Shown here: positions 24,301-36,700 of the stretch, one piece after another
Layout: every line of letters begins with the position of its first letter
How positions within the stretch are numbered: the stretch's first letter is position 1
Assembly (NCBI GenBank): GCA_002633005.1
Contig: NMRA01000325.1
Location: forward strand, 103,290 to 167,289
Direction of reading: 5' to 3'
Length of the DNA stretch: 64,000 nucleotides
DNA from: Phoronis australis
Taxonomy: Eukaryota; Animalia; Phoronida
The notes under the pieces: generated by a model
Told to the model about the DNA's origin: nothing
What the model saw: the letters and a program-made list of their open reading frames with translations, nothing else
The model's database searches: none
Position numbers and translations under genes: made by a program

Positions 24301-27300
24301 TGAGTTCAATACCTAGTATTAGCAGTGACCTAGAGTAATTAACCCACCTGTGCTTAGTTCGATAATTTTCTCCACTTCTCTTATCGCCACTATTCTATAT
24401 TGGGAAAGTTGCACTTGGTCTGAAATCTTTACAATAGTATCATTACCCTGTTTCATCCAATTGTATATTATTTCCTTGGCCGAATATCCATCTGAAAGTA
24501 GGAAAGACATTAACGTAATTAAAGTCTCATGCAGCGCTAATTAGGTCAAGCGGAAATCCCAAATTTCAAACTGACCTAAGTCACGTTAGCGGCATATTAA
24601 TCTCCTCGCTGAACTATAAGTGAACTTCATTCAATCCCTGTTGTTATCGTAATTAGGAAAACTCGAATTAAATCACAACTTTCTATTCCCAAGATATCAG
24701 TCGGTATATTCACGTCGTGTAAGACGCGTACCGGCAAAAACCACCGTTAAGTCACATGGGAATATTAGCAGACTTACAACTTTCGATTTCAAGTGTGCAG
24801 CACTGTGTATCCATCGGGAAGAATGTCAGGTCAAGGTAACAAAACGCTGTCACCGTAAGTCTGAAATATCATAAGGTCGAAAGAAAACGTCATGTGATGG
24901 TTTTCGAAGCGTCTATGACTCGCCCGAGAAAGAAAACACCAATGAATCACCGCTCCATTGCATGTCCATGGCGGGCCAGGTAATGCAACAGGTGGGTGAG
25001 GCGTTGGTGATTAGCGGACCTGTCTTTGCCCCTTTTCAGTCCGCTGATTTTTATTGACTGCTGTAAATTTGGACAAAGTTAAAGAATTCCCTTTCAGACT
25101 CCGAAATACAAATATTATATGTTATATTGTTTAGTTTGCCCTGACATCCGGGCTTTGGCCGTAATGGAAAAGCCCGACTGTGTCACATATGACCTAAGCA
25201 ATTTTGTTACACATCGAAACGAGTAAAAATACCGTTTAAACAGCGGCTCGTGAGAGTTATTCACTTTGAATATTGCAAGAATTTCTGGAAAAATTGTCGG
25301 ATTCACTATTTTTGAAAAAGAGACGTGCACATGCGCTCAAAGAAGTCGGACTCGGTGTCTGCTACTTGAAATCGCCCTTGTTTTGGCTACATCAAGGGTC
25401 AAAGGTCACATTCTCTATATTAAGGGAAATGTGATACGTAAAAGTCTTGTCATACCAAATAAGGAGACGTTCTTTGCCTTGTGGGAGAAAAATCGATGAA
25501 GTGACGAGCACTTAACAGGGTTTTTTTAAATTGAAATCAAAGACATCAACGGAAATTCAAAACCTTTACAAAAAACCGTGACAATACCTGGTGAATTATT
25601 TGACTTCTGTTTCAGTGGCAGGGGACTACTTTGAATAATGCAATTTATACTGTTTTTTCACTTTCTATGCCACTGTAAGACATTCAACACTGGATGTCCA
25701 AAGGCTCCACTGAGTCGTATTACCTAAATATCGCCCAATACAATAAGATTCTTTGACGAATTACCTCATACTAAATAAGACGGTGCCGTCACTGCCAATG
25801 CGGATGAACGCGTTTTTAACGGTTGTGAGGTGAGTTTTTGAACTTTTGGCGTTGGTGAAGAACGTATCCGGCCACCAGATGGAGTCTAAGACCTCGTTTG
25901 ATATGGTCACTTGGTCTTCGATTCCTTTGAACTGTAGTCGTGGGTCTTCCCAAACTTGACGCAGGTAAAAGTCAACAGTGTAATCCTTAAACATGAGCAA
26001 TTATATTAACAAGGGCATTATTTTCTCGTAAATAAGGCACGCCTAAAATGGTATATTTTTGTGAACTCAGAGTCCATTCAGATAATCTGCCAAAAGAGTG
26101 AAAAGTAGTAACCTATTACATGCGCGCATCCAGCCTAAAATATAAGGGAGCTCGAATTTGTCGGTGTGCGGACCTTTTACTGAAAAAATCAACGAGGACT
26201 CAACCCAGGTAACTTGCTCGTATTATTTCGTTCGTTTTTAATTACTGTCCTACAATCGGGTGCTATTTATTTGATGATAAAGATGATGCGATGACCACAA
26301 CAATGATGTCAAGGACGAAGACATTAACAATATCGACTGATGCTCAGTAAGCAAGTGAAGAACGATGACTGAGGGCAGTCAAACTTGAAACTCTATAATT
26401 TGATTGACATTCGAGATCTCTTATATCAATAATCATTCTTTTCATTGGTTGGAATTTTGGGCAATAAGACACTGCGGAGTTGAACTCACTGTGCATGTAA
26501 ATTACTAAACAAAGTATTCGTTTCCTTAGTCTAATTACAATACACAGGCAAGTTCAACTTCTTAGCACTCCCCAGCGGTTACAACTTCCACATAAGTTTT
26601 TCCCTTAACACCATCTCCATGTCCCTATCACTAACTTCTCAGAGCAATGCATAGAAAGTATGCCGATGTCTTGTGAAAAGGACAGGTCTACCGATTAACT
26701 CAGTAGCTCATGCCCGATTTTAAACCCCAGTCTTATTTCACCCTCTTTCCGTTTAAGCCCGTCATGGGCAAATCCCATCGATACTAGGTAGATTACGATA
26801 ATTTCTAAAAATGCCAATGAGATGACGAGTGCATTAGTTCCATGGAGACACCTAATAAAAGCACTCATCTTCTTAATTTGCTGACTGTATTTGAAACCGC
26901 TAGTCACTGCAAAAACCCTAAAGGAACTGCTCAGACATGCACGCAATGCTTACTGGGGATAAGCAATGCCTGTGGCAAAAGACGTACCCGGATGCGCGAT
27001 AGTAAATCCCACACAGGCGGAGGTTACAACGTCAAATTGGTTTCAACAAAAACAATAAACACGGGTATGCTAATTTTGTACCATGTTATATTGGCTACCG
27101 TTATATTGCAGCGTAGGTGTAGTGAAATGTACTCCTACAGTGCTATCGACTGCAATATACTGTACTGAAATATACTGGTAACCTAATAACTACGAATCTG
27201 CCGTGTTCGGTGACGACACTTCGACAACTTTTTCACTCCAAGCAATAAAAGTACGTGCTATGGGTAATTGTAGATAACGTTGTTTTGGGCGTCTGTCGAG

Positions 27301-29207
27301 ATTTGTCTTCAATTTCCTGTGTGACTGTAGATGCAATATCTTTAAAAAATCGTGGCTTACCATGTCAGCTTCCGATATTGAACTGATGCTAGACACGTGC
27401 ATGTTCAGCAATACCTTAACTGGTGGACCTGTCGGAAAAAGGAAAAATTCTTAGCATATTCCTCTTTTGTTCTTGCCGTGAGAACATGCAAAACACTAGT
27501 ACGGGGTACTAAACAGCTTTGAAACAAATCGTCTACGAATGAGCCCAATAATAAAATATGACAGCAGATAAGATTTTTTGAATGATAACATATTTTGTGT
27601 ATTCTCGTGTTTTAAAAAAAAGTTAATTTTTCGCTTGCCCTTCATTCCAACATCTATGAATACACGGGCCTTTGATTGAGGAATCAACTCCACCAATTTG
27701 TTATTGTTGACTTACAGAGTGTTGTTGGAATCAACAATCCAGTATTGCTCACTAACATTTATGTGATGAAAAGTGAACATGACCAATGACAAAAGTATGA
27801 AACAGCGAACGGCGATACAGCAGCGCAATATTTAGCTCATTGGACAACGTAAGTAATATCACGGAAGTTAAAATATCCATTGTCTACGACAGACGCTTAC
27901 GTTAGGGTCGCTGTGGGACTACATTGACCTTCCCAACGCTCAGTCTCCAGTTGGCGAGACCGGCTCAACCACGAGTCGACTTACCAACAATTACCATCTC
28001 GTGGAAATTGACACATTTCGCGAGTTCGCTCAAAATATTTCGGGAAAGATCAATTTCAACTCGAAATCGAACATTTTGGAGTGAGAAAAGCCAGTCACAA
28101 ACAGGATAAATGGTCAGTTGGCATGGCTTTTCATGCCCGATTGATATTAAAAGATACTGTCATATTTTTGGACTGAAAATACCTGGATGATGGTAATTAA
28201 TCTGACTGTATATCATTAAGATAATTCAAGCTATCAAATGGGAAAACGCTTGCATTCAGGTATATTATTCGGTCCCTTATCACACCGACGAACGCCGGTT
28301 AACTGCTTCATCAGTGCTTACGATCAAATTGAGATGTCTACCACCATGCAACTAGTGCATGAATTTCGAGTTGCCCATTGATTCACCATCTGCAACAGTT
28401 CTTTCTATAATACTAGAAAGCAACTCCTAGAGTGCGAGTCTGTGGTTGTTACTATGACCATAGCTGAGTCACACCCGCTGTCTAAAGTGCATTTCTTTAC
28501 TCTGTGTCCGTGCTGTGAGAAAAGATGCTACAACACCTACCATAGAAGTTAGGTCTCAGTCTTTTGTCATATCCATTGAGAAGAGAGTTCAGTTGGTGAG
28601 TAAGATTTGACAAACGCAGGTCTTCATATGCATTGTCCTCGTGGCTGAGGAAGAAATATTCTGTTAGTCACTGGACCAGCTGATCTCCCCTATTCCTAGA
28701 GCACACAACAGAATACGCAGTTCCCTTCAATGGAGAGTTGTGCTCAGTTGTGATTGAAAATTGTCAAAAATGTGTGCAAACTATTTTGTTTACTCTTTTG
28801 AAAGCTTGGCGGATTGCAACGTGATACAAGAAAACACAAAGATCGAGCAATGACAACTCCGTACACAATAATAAGTTTATGAATTGCATTGACAGTAATC
28901 AATTAGTGTTTTTAAACCACAGTTTATCAATTTCATACTTTATTGAAAAATACTTGCAAGGGATTCCACAAGTGCTACGCATTTGATCCACGATGACTAA
29001 GCTTTCTCTTAATTGATATAGCCATCAGATTTAATCCAACAAAATAATTCTAAATAAACAACACGTGTATATAGAAACATACGAAATGCATACTTACGTG
29101 TTGTACACTGATTCTTCGCTAGTTTCGACTGAAGTATTTGCACTACACAATACTGCATACATCCAGATTGCATTTATTGCAAAACTGACCAACCTACTTG
29201 GGCCCAT
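12876..29207 (-). CDS. Rdl: RDL-like GABA-gated chloride channel subunit (Cys-loop LGIC), 503 aa, 8 coding exons (29207-29098, 28644-28541, 27428-27361, 25985-25765, 24860-24778, 24491-24348, 23956-23472, 13172-12876)
   Basis: 1512 nt, all GT-AG, phases consistent. Signal peptide, LLNGYDKRLRP, loop D DFYLRQ, loop A WWPDTFF, Cys-loop CYLDLTFFPMDTQCC, loop B EIESYGY, loop C STGNYSRL, M2 PARVALGITAILTITTL, TNSSLPKISYLKSID, M4 IDKYSRWLFP. PAR motif indicates anion selectivity; M2 and the M2-M3 linker resemble RDL more than beta/LCCH3. Orthology needs a tree. Confidence 0.92.
13230..13640 (+). mobile_element. Possible Gypsy gag-like remnant
   Basis: Pro-rich stretch then FRKFEG...AKTF...NFNSY...GGVWTW across frameshifts; resemblance from memory only. 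Confidence 0.3.
15060..15900 (-). mobile_element. Penelope-like retroelement 3' remnant (GIY-YIG endonuclease) with decayed hammerhead
   Basis: KLKSPIPLLNNSNVVYEVEFDNCKEFYI..RRLCDRLKEH...SNAYRHC..NNH...LYIEEPLAI...LN is the PLE GIY-YIG pattern; a CTGATGG-stem-GTAA motif follows at 15111-15150. Confidence 0.8.
16318..16705 (-). mobile_element. Non-autonomous DNA element, CGGCGTTTTCC-terminus family (copy 1)
   Basis: Termini cggcgtttttccgtt / aacgggaaaacgcc; body is the reverse complement of 48979-49421 (the ORF track shows near-identical MPKLxNYxRSYDN peptides). Confidence 0.75.
16819..16950. repeat. Compound (GGT)n/(GCT)n trinucleotide tract
   Basis: Directly visible. Confidence 0.95.
17914..18164. 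mobile_element. hAT-like MITE (CAyGCGCGyACCCAG family); related copies 26119-26190 (partial), 36510-36630 (partial), 48324-48526
   Basis: Shared gcgcgcacccagcctaaaat...cgaattt...ggacctttt body; inverted termini catgcgc..cacccag / ctgggtgcgcgcatg in the 48.3-kb copy. Confidence 0.65.
18562..20487. mobile_element. Kolobok-type non-autonomous element 1 with KolX (+) and THAP (-) remnants
   Basis: TTAA at 18558-61 and 20488-91, AG...CT ends, weak TIR (agaagaatgccag vs aggaaaatggcac). KolX-like WCQRANC..DACVCCHEIPQV..MCLTDHPDF..KNWRKH..GPNRTL at ~19740-19993; THAP MVWCIVPAC..FFRFP..LRKW..LRV[C]GLHF at 20314-20120. Left boundary uncertain. Confidence 0.7.
21250..21322. repeat. (CA)n microsatellite, ~36 units
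   Basis: Directly visible. Confidence 0.98.
22270..22870. mobile_element. Decayed inverted-repeat element (Harbinger-like MITE?)
   Basis: tagccagcacgcaggtatcac (22311-22331) vs gtgatacctgcgtgctgacta (22812-22832); catgtaaaca(c)gct motifs nearby. Confidence 0.45.
23472..23956 (-). CDS. Rdl: RDL-like coding exon 7 (loop C end, M1-M3, start of intracellular loop)
   Basis: [26 protein letters not shown]...VSWVSFWL...PARVALG...LLEYAAVSY...KPVEE; ctttttcag / gtcagt. Confidence 0.95.
24348..24491 (-). CDS. Rdl: RDL-like coding exon 6
   Basis: YGYSAKEIIYNW...VQLSQYRIV...IELST; tactttcag / gtgggt. Confidence 0.93.
24778..24860 (-). CDS. Rdl: RDL-like coding exon 5 (83 nt; Cys-loop)
   Basis: LTVTAFCYLDLTFFPMDTQCCTLEIES; atttcag / gtaagt. 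Confidence 0.95.
25765..25985 (-). CDS. Rdl: RDL-like coding exon 4 (221 nt; loops D, A, E)
   Basis: DYTVDFYLRQVWEDPRL...WWPDTFFTNAK...GTVLFSMR; AG|gtaatt. Confidence 0.95.
27361..27428 (-). CDS. Rdl: RDL-like coding exon 3 (68 nt)
   Basis: GPPVKVLLNMHVSSISSISEADM; tttttccgacag / gtaagc. Confidence 0.93.
28541..28644 (-). CDS. Rdl: RDL-like coding exon 2
   Basis: HEDNAYEDLRLSNLTHQLNSLLNGYDKRLRPNFY; ttcttcctcag acceptor, G|gtaggt donor. Confidence 0.92.
29098..29207 (-). CDS. Rdl: RDL-like coding exon 1 (signal peptide)
   Basis: MGPSRLVSFAINAIWMYAVLCSANTSVETSEESVYN, donor AC|gtaagt (phase 2). Acceptor ctttttcag places the exon start at 29234, implying upstream exon(s). Confidence 0.8.
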
Positions 29208-31504
29208 TGTGGGAAACGTGCTACTAACCCGCCTCTGAAAAAGATGTATTAATAACTGGCGTTATGATTCAACACAAACCGTCGCCGTCTCATCTCAGTT
29301 AACTGTTAATTGAATGGAATATTAAGAGCACATCCTTCATAAAAATCGATAAACTCGCTCTGTCGTATTTTGCGGATTGACACCAGAAGCAATTAGTAAT
29401 TCGTCAACGGGTCGTATGAAATAAAGTTTTCTGACTCTCTGGGTTTGAAAAAGGTTTCTGTTCACTAAACCTGCACAGCAACCAATGCAAAATTTGATTT
29501 TATGGTAGAATTTTATTCTAGTATTGATAATTCATAAATGGGCTATATAAACTACTTGTTTTAAAAACCACTTTCAGTGTATTATCTAGACAAGTCCTTC
29601 TAGTCCGTGAGTTTAATCGCGTTCAGCAACCGTGAACGGAACAACTATTTCATTACGAACGAATACATTAATCTAAACAATCGCTTTAATAATGGCTTAA
29701 AAGGGTTCGAAATTAGTTTTGCCTAATTAAGTACTAGAGATTACCGTAATTCTCTTGCATTTGATTATATCATTTGAGCTGGTGTGCGTGTAGTTCGATA
29801 CAATCGCGACACGTAAACCACAGGTCCGCGATTTGGGAAGTCTTGGCCATTCTTTGAAGAAGTCGAAAAGTCTGTTATTCTCGTAACACCATAGACATAT
29901 AAAGTCCTACTACGTAGAGTTTTGAAAATATACAATCCTTAGTCGTCATGTTCCCCATGTATGGCCTTATGAATAATATAGGAACATAAATCAATTATGA
30001 TTTGATTTCTCAGCGTATACGTGTGTGAATAAGTATGTTCTAATCCTACTGAGACCGTGTAATGCGTGCGACTTTCCGCGGGGTTAGATCGTGTATCGTT
30101 TTTAGTAAATCTCACACTGATAATCAGTCCAACTACGGAATTACCAAGAAATTTAGCTGACGAATAAGCACACTGTTTTCGTTAGACTGATACAACCTGG
30201 CTGTTCAAAGTAAATATGGCAATCAACAATTTGTGACGAAAAAGATGACAACTAGGTTACAGTAACGTCTCCCTTCTGTTTTATGTTCCAGTGCGTCTCA
30301 CCGCTTGAATCGTTGGCGTTTTCATGCAACCTCAGGGGACGTTGAACGTTGTCTTCTGAACAAAGGCGTTTACGATACTATTGCAGTGTTGTACATTCTC
30401 GCGAAGTTGAAACCTTTCACATACATGAACATCGCGTGACTGACAGTTTCCGTCGCTCGATATCTATTGCTTGTAAGTGGAGAGTCTGAACAAAATGTAT
30501 TTAGCATGAAAAATAAAATCAATTGTCATTATTTGCTCAAAGCTTCAAATGTTAAAAGAAACAGTGATATCGAAATATCACCAGATAATCTTAGAATAAC
30601 ACATGTACTGGAATCGACAGAAGCAACGCATTAATAAGTAGGTGACAATTTTCTTATGGACTGTTGCATTAGCGTACATTGCTTGTCGCGGCACAAAGGA
30701 TTGCTTGAAAACCTAGTCCAAGTCAGAACGCTTGCAATACATACTACACATTAAAATCTAATCCACAATTATCCGGACAAGATGAAGAATTCGTGTACTC
30801 CCAATCCTGAATATGTTTGGTTACTCATGAATAGCGCAGCAAATACATTTTCCCGGTGTCCGAGTTTGTACTCGAAATATCCCAAAACGTCTTTCCCTCG
30901 TAGCGGTGTTCTAGTCCCTCCTTGTGCTGCTCAAAGTTTTTGATACCAATGTTGATAAAAAATATCTTAAAGTACAAAAAGCAGAAACGTGATCCTCGTA
31001 AAAATTTGTCTCGCTGAATCAAATAGTCAAACAACCAACTGTGTAAAAATATGGCAGTGCACGATATTAAATTCAAACACAGTGATCGAACCCGCATCCT
31101 GCGCCCCCGTGACGCACCAGGAAAATGTAACAATCTGGGTTGGATTTCCTGCGTTCTATCGTTGAACTTTCACTATGTTGGCACATTCAAGTAAAAATAT
31201 TGTTCCCCAAAATTCGTAGTTCCAGGAATAACCAAGAAGTCCATGAACTTAATTTACACGTACCGCCCGATGATATCGTTTTGTTTAAAGTTTGATTACA
31301 CCACTAGTTGCTTGACTTCAAGATACAATTAATACAATTAAAACTGCATTTAGCCCCGTTTAACAATCTAAAAACGAAGATCGAATTTAGCCTTTTTCTC
31401 TATTAAAATCGGTCTCATAATATTTCTTACCGTGGCAGGATTCTGATTCCGTTACTAACAAGAACACTGACACCACCAGTTACTCAAGAAAACGCCTCAC
31501 AATT

Positions 31505-32310
31505 TATTGGGGTTGGCCAACAATGGAAATTCAAAGCGGAAAAAACTCCCAGGACTCAAATGTTCTATTCAAGAAGTAAAAACAGATCAAAACATTAATT
31601 TTACTCTTCAGGACCAGCAAAAAGAACTCAAAACCAGAATTTTCACTTACTCAGGAACTAAAAACAGTCCAAAACATTACTCTCACTCCATAAGACTAAG
31701 AAACAACTCAAGAACAAAATTTATTAGGTCAGCACCCCAAATTTATAACGTCAAGTCTTATAATTGATCACCTCAGAACTGATATTTTATGACGTCAGAA
31801 CCGACAATTTATCTTTTCGGGACCGAAAAACCAACACGTCAGGACCAAAATTCAACACGTAAGGACCAAAATTTAACACGCCAGGAGCGAAAATTTAATA
31901 CGTCAGGAAAATTTCAAGCCAGAAAATAGCTCGTGCCAGGAGACGTACATGTGACCATGCACAAGCAGGTGATCCCCGCGGAGATGACGTCGCCAGGTAC
32001 ACAGGGGCTAAACGTTCAACATCGCTCGCCGACAACAGTCACATTATAGTGAAAATGAGGCTGGATTTCTGTTGTGCTTTTCCACGTTCTATATCAGAAG
32101 CCAATGTACACTTGGTCAGGACTCTCTCGGTCTTGCTTCAAGTGAATGATGTCCACATGTTCGTGGTCACGTGCTTGCGGAAGGACATGTGGTCTCCTGG
32201 CATGAAATTTTCTCCTGGCATGATATTTTATTCCTGAAGTGATAAATTTTATGTCCTGGAGTGATAAATTTTCGGTCATGGCACTGTGATAAATTTTCGG
32301 TCCTGACGAT
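31505..32310. mobile_element. Foldback-type element with arms made of ~21-bp tandem units
   Basis: Left units caggaccaaaatttaacacgt; right units are reverse complements (tcctggagtgataaattttcgg); inner junction tgccaggaga / tctcctggca. Confidence 0.65.
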
Positions 32311-32329
32311 CTACGCTTTTCAGGAACAA

Positions 32330-32500
32330 ACAAGAACTTAACATTTATTAAAACACATAATTTTTTGAAAGATATAAGAACATTTCTCAAAAGATGCAAC
32401 TTGGCATAAAACTAATTCTAAGATCCTCATACTGGGGACACACAATTAAAAATTCGTGTGATTTCCGTGCGTAATTACACTTCGTATAATATTCGCATTT
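32330..32500 (-). mobile_element. Non-LTR retrotransposon 3' fragment (CCHC end of ORF2)
   Basis: TKCNY..KSHEFLIVCPQYEDLR resembles the C..C..E.HFLLxCPxYxDLR LINE terminus. Confidence 0.5.
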
Positions 32501-33599
32501 TACATTGATGCGAGATACGCTGCAGTTCACTATTTTTGTAAAATAGTAAAACGAAAAAGCCATCGGCGTATAGACCGGGTAAAGAATGGATTTAAACGTC
32601 ACCACAAAATTTGTAAAATACTTGTTAGTTTGAAATCAAAGTTATCAAAAATTTTACATAAGAAACATAGTAATTGATTTAAATGAAATCATCGAATTAT
32701 ACGCCGTTCTGCAATAATCCCTAATCAGACGATAAAGAAAATACAATGATACCTAATATGGGTCAAATTCGTTCAAATGTAACATAACAAATATAACTTT
32801 TTTCAAAACACGGTTACCGTAGATACAATTATGTCTGGGTTTTTTCGTACCTCCAGCCAACTCGACACTTATTTACGGGACCTGAAAATGATTAGTGCTC
32901 CCAGTTAGTTCTACGTTTCTCATTCCACTTGTCCCTCATCCAACTTGTTTACCTAGTACGCCTAGACCCACAATGCAACAGTCTGATCCGCTTAGCCTCG
33001 TTCCAGCGCGCAGTCGGCTTCATAGAAGTCGAAAATAACGAAGGGTCCTGACTTCTTTGACTTCCTTATTTGCAAAGTAGGTTGACTAGCATGCTAGGTG
33101 TCGCTCAGTGTTGCGCATCTACTACGAACCAACTCCAGAGCAATATTCGCTGACAGTGAGATTTGAAATGTGTCGCCATTACCCAGCGCACATCAACATG
33201 GAATTTAAAGTAAAAAAGAATTGAGATGAGATGAGGTGACCAATCTCTGCCTTTGTTGGGAGGGGCCAGACTTCGTTGCTAAGTTGCTATCTTACTCATA
33301 TGGCGAATGAAACTCCTGTAATTCATAATCCTAAGTTCGGTTGCTTGAACACGCAGTCGATGACTTGTCTCATGAACCTAGCTAGCGTTGTCGTGGTCCG
33401 TTTTAGCCGAGAGAGATGTCTCTTCCCGGAAAAGTTCATCACGCTTGTGCAGGGTTGACTTATCTTCCACTTCAATAACAGGTGAAAGTTCATTAACGAA
33501 ATGAATTTTTCTGATGTTTTACTGTTTATTCATGATATTTCTATCGATTGTGCGTGACCGGAACTATGTTGTGTTTCGGATGCGTTATAAGTCTCACCA

Positions 33600-33752
33600 G
33601 GCGTGCGTTCAGTAGACGCTAGGACCTACGCTAGGACCTAGCTAAAACCTAGTCAAAGTCACGTGTTCTTATTCAAAATACACAGCGAAATCTCACGTAT
33701 TCTCGCGAAGTCTTGCTTTTTTGCGAGGTCCTAGCGTTACTGAACCGGAGTC
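33600..33752. mobile_element. Small MITE
   Basis: gttcagtagacgctaggacct vs aggtcctagcgttactgaac. Confidence 0.6.
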
Positions 33753-36700
33753 AGATCTCGCCAAGTCAGCACGTGGCACGTTTTTTGTCATTGTGAAGCA
33801 TCATATGCGTAAGACCATTCTCTTGTGGCTATAAATGATGACGTGACTCAATTATCACTGTGTTCTACATAAGTTGCTAAAATAAGCCCAGACCATTGTT
33901 AGATTACTCCACAGCTGAATTTAGAAAGCGAAATAGTAGACCAACTGAAGCTTACCAATTCATTTTTTTCAGCCACTGCGTTCGTCGCCTTTTTAAAGGA
34001 AGGCTTCCATCCGTAATCAAGTGCATGAAAGCATTTTCAAGAGCGAGGCGTTATCGACTTTTTTGAACCGTGGAGTTTCCCAGTTGCTGCTGTGTAAATA
34101 TTCGCCCCTTGCTGCCGGTAGGCTTAGTGATGTAGTTTGTAAATTCAATATTTTTTACTGACATATGGGCTTCAGAAGTTGTACTATAATCCAAAATTAA
34201 TTGCATTCGATGATACCTGCATTGTGATACTCGATTACGAGAAATACTTACGTTTGACGCTTGCTTGTCAGCTTTAATTTTCGATTATGATAAATTGCTT
34301 GCACCGGGCGACTGCTTTCATCAGTGATTTTATGTGAACTTTTAAATGCAGACACAACTTACACAAACTTCTCATTCAACTTATGCAAAATAACTCAAAC
34401 ACTTAAGACGTACCTATTAACCCTTTTAAGTCGACATGTCATTATGGTACAGTGCAATTTTAGGTTTAAAGAGATTCTAAATCCAGGTACTGTAAAATTT
34501 TTATAGCGACGACTTGATCACTTTAAAAGTGGTTGAAAACATGATGTTCTACAAATGTCGTTAACTCGTAAAAATTTGGTAACTTCAATTAAAATATTTG
34601 TGCTTGTGCGCACTTTTTCTGAAGGGAATCTGACAAAAAATGAAAATGGTCGCCAGAGACCAAAGCCCTCAGGCTAGTCCCAGAAAACTGCAACTGCTCA
34701 AAGATGACCAGCAAACGGCGACAATTCGTTTCAAAGAAATCAAAATAAAGTGATCTAATTGCAGTTAATATATTTGATACGGAAACCGACTTTCGCGAGT
34801 CTTCTATAAATCATGTGTGTGCAGACACGTTAGCCTCTTTAGGGACGTGCCGCTCGGAAACGAAGTGCGCTCGTAAACCTAGATCTCGTACGTGTTTATA
34901 CAAGGAGTACCACGCCACGATAAATGTACACGTACTACTACAGTTACCGTAACTGCAGCAGTACAACACAAACAGATCAATTTGGTTTAATAAAAAGTTT
35001 CAAAGACACACGTCATCAAGTATTGACATTTCACTTGGCTTCGTGTGTCATACTCTCATTTTAAATGGATACTTTTTGACTAAGCTTGAAGGGACTTGTA
35101 GGCTACTTGGGTTTTTGCAAATTATTATGAGACCCAACACCGCAATCTCGTTGTTTTTTTTTGGTTAACAATATAACTGAGTCAAAATAAATAAATAAAG
35201 ATATGTTTAATAAAGCATGCATATATAATTTTAGTATTTTAATGCGGTAGACTTCAGTACGCCCACTGGGTTTATATAAGGGAAATTATCCACAGATACG
35301 CCCAGGACGAAACATGCTTGCATCCTTTTTCAACAATAAATTCTTGCCTGTAGGGACTATCATACATAGGCTATTTTGTGTATTGACTATCTTGCTTTCA
35401 ATTTGGGTGTCGGTGATAGTATTGATACGCCCGACCCTATGTTTATTATTTCCAAAAATACGCCTGGGCGTATATTTGTATTTACCTTATTGGTCCCTAG
35501 ACTGATATTTCCCGAATATACGTCTCGAGCTTGTCTGCATAAAATCTGGTTTCGTTTTTTTTTAATTATATGGAATGTACAGTGATTTAATATAACATTT
35601 TGTGAGTTCGCTTTTTAGGACACCCTGTGTGTCGAAGAGGGCGTTCGAGACAGCGGTAGAGCATGTTTCTCTGAGCTTGCAGGATGCTTATTGGCAGTCA
35701 AAATAATAATGCTTGAACCGTGGGTTAATTCGTCGTTTTGTTGAAGGCTGAGGTCTAACTGAAGCCCTCCCCCCCGTATACACTGAAATAGGAGGACACA
35801 AATGTACGGAACTACGTAGTATGAACTACGAGGAATCCTATTAGTATGATTCTTTGTTATTGTCGTTCACTTGCATCTCGACAGATGAAACATTTTCTGT
35901 GTTCTAAACTAGAGAAAACAAAGGAATGAGCATCTTTAAGTACATGAACTGAGGTTCTGGTGAAACGTTTAGTAGGGTTCGTCTTATTAAAAGTCGTAAG
36001 CCCGGCCTCAGTTATGAAGGCGGTAACTTCGATTTTAATTTTCACACAGAGCAATAAAATTCTTTTTCTCAAAGGCCAATGTACTTCAAAAACTTTAAAG
36101 TATACACCAAATTAATTAATATGTAACATGGCATAGTGTTCACATCCTAAAGGCCTTTTTGAACACAATAATGTACCTCGGCCGAGATCGGAAAATCATC
36201 CGACTATTCACGTCTATTTCCGTGACCTGAGTTCCTGTGCATCAGTTCAGGAACGATTCCTGAATGACAGTCATGTTGTCCTTGAAAACGTGTTGAGATA
36301 TCCCTGAGCGTAAATGCGTTGTTACTTTGTTTGGCTGTTTTTGATTGTCATTTTGGTTCTTTTTATACAAACTTGATTATATGTAGTTCAAATTTTGCCT
36401 GTTCTTTGCATATAACGAATCATGGTTTTTAATGCAAAATCATCAGGGGCGTATCCAGGATTTTGAGTTAGGGGGGACCAGGGCACAGGAATAACCAGAA
36501 TTTCGCCACATACGCGCGCCCAGCCTAAAATTTAGGGATGCAAGGGTCTCGAATTTTTGGGTTTGTGGATCTTATTACCAAAAAAAAAACGGGAAACGGG
36601 GTTCGTTCAAGGCCTATGCATTTGCATTCGCCCCCCTGTGTGAGCCCATATGCTAGTCAGCAATTTGCACTCTGAACTACCAAATCAATGGTATCTGGGA

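Noticed and set aside
12876-29207. Calling the channel LCCH3/GABA-A beta or GluCl
   Set aside because: PAR rather than SAR before M2, plus TNSSLPKISY-KSID and TGNYSRL, favour RDL; there is no loop-C cysteine pair as in GluCl/GlyR. A phylogeny is still needed.
31780-31920. CRISPR-like array of short repeats
   Set aside because: Units are contiguous and degenerate, without unique spacers or cas genes, and are mirrored as an inverted arm; explained as a foldback transposon.
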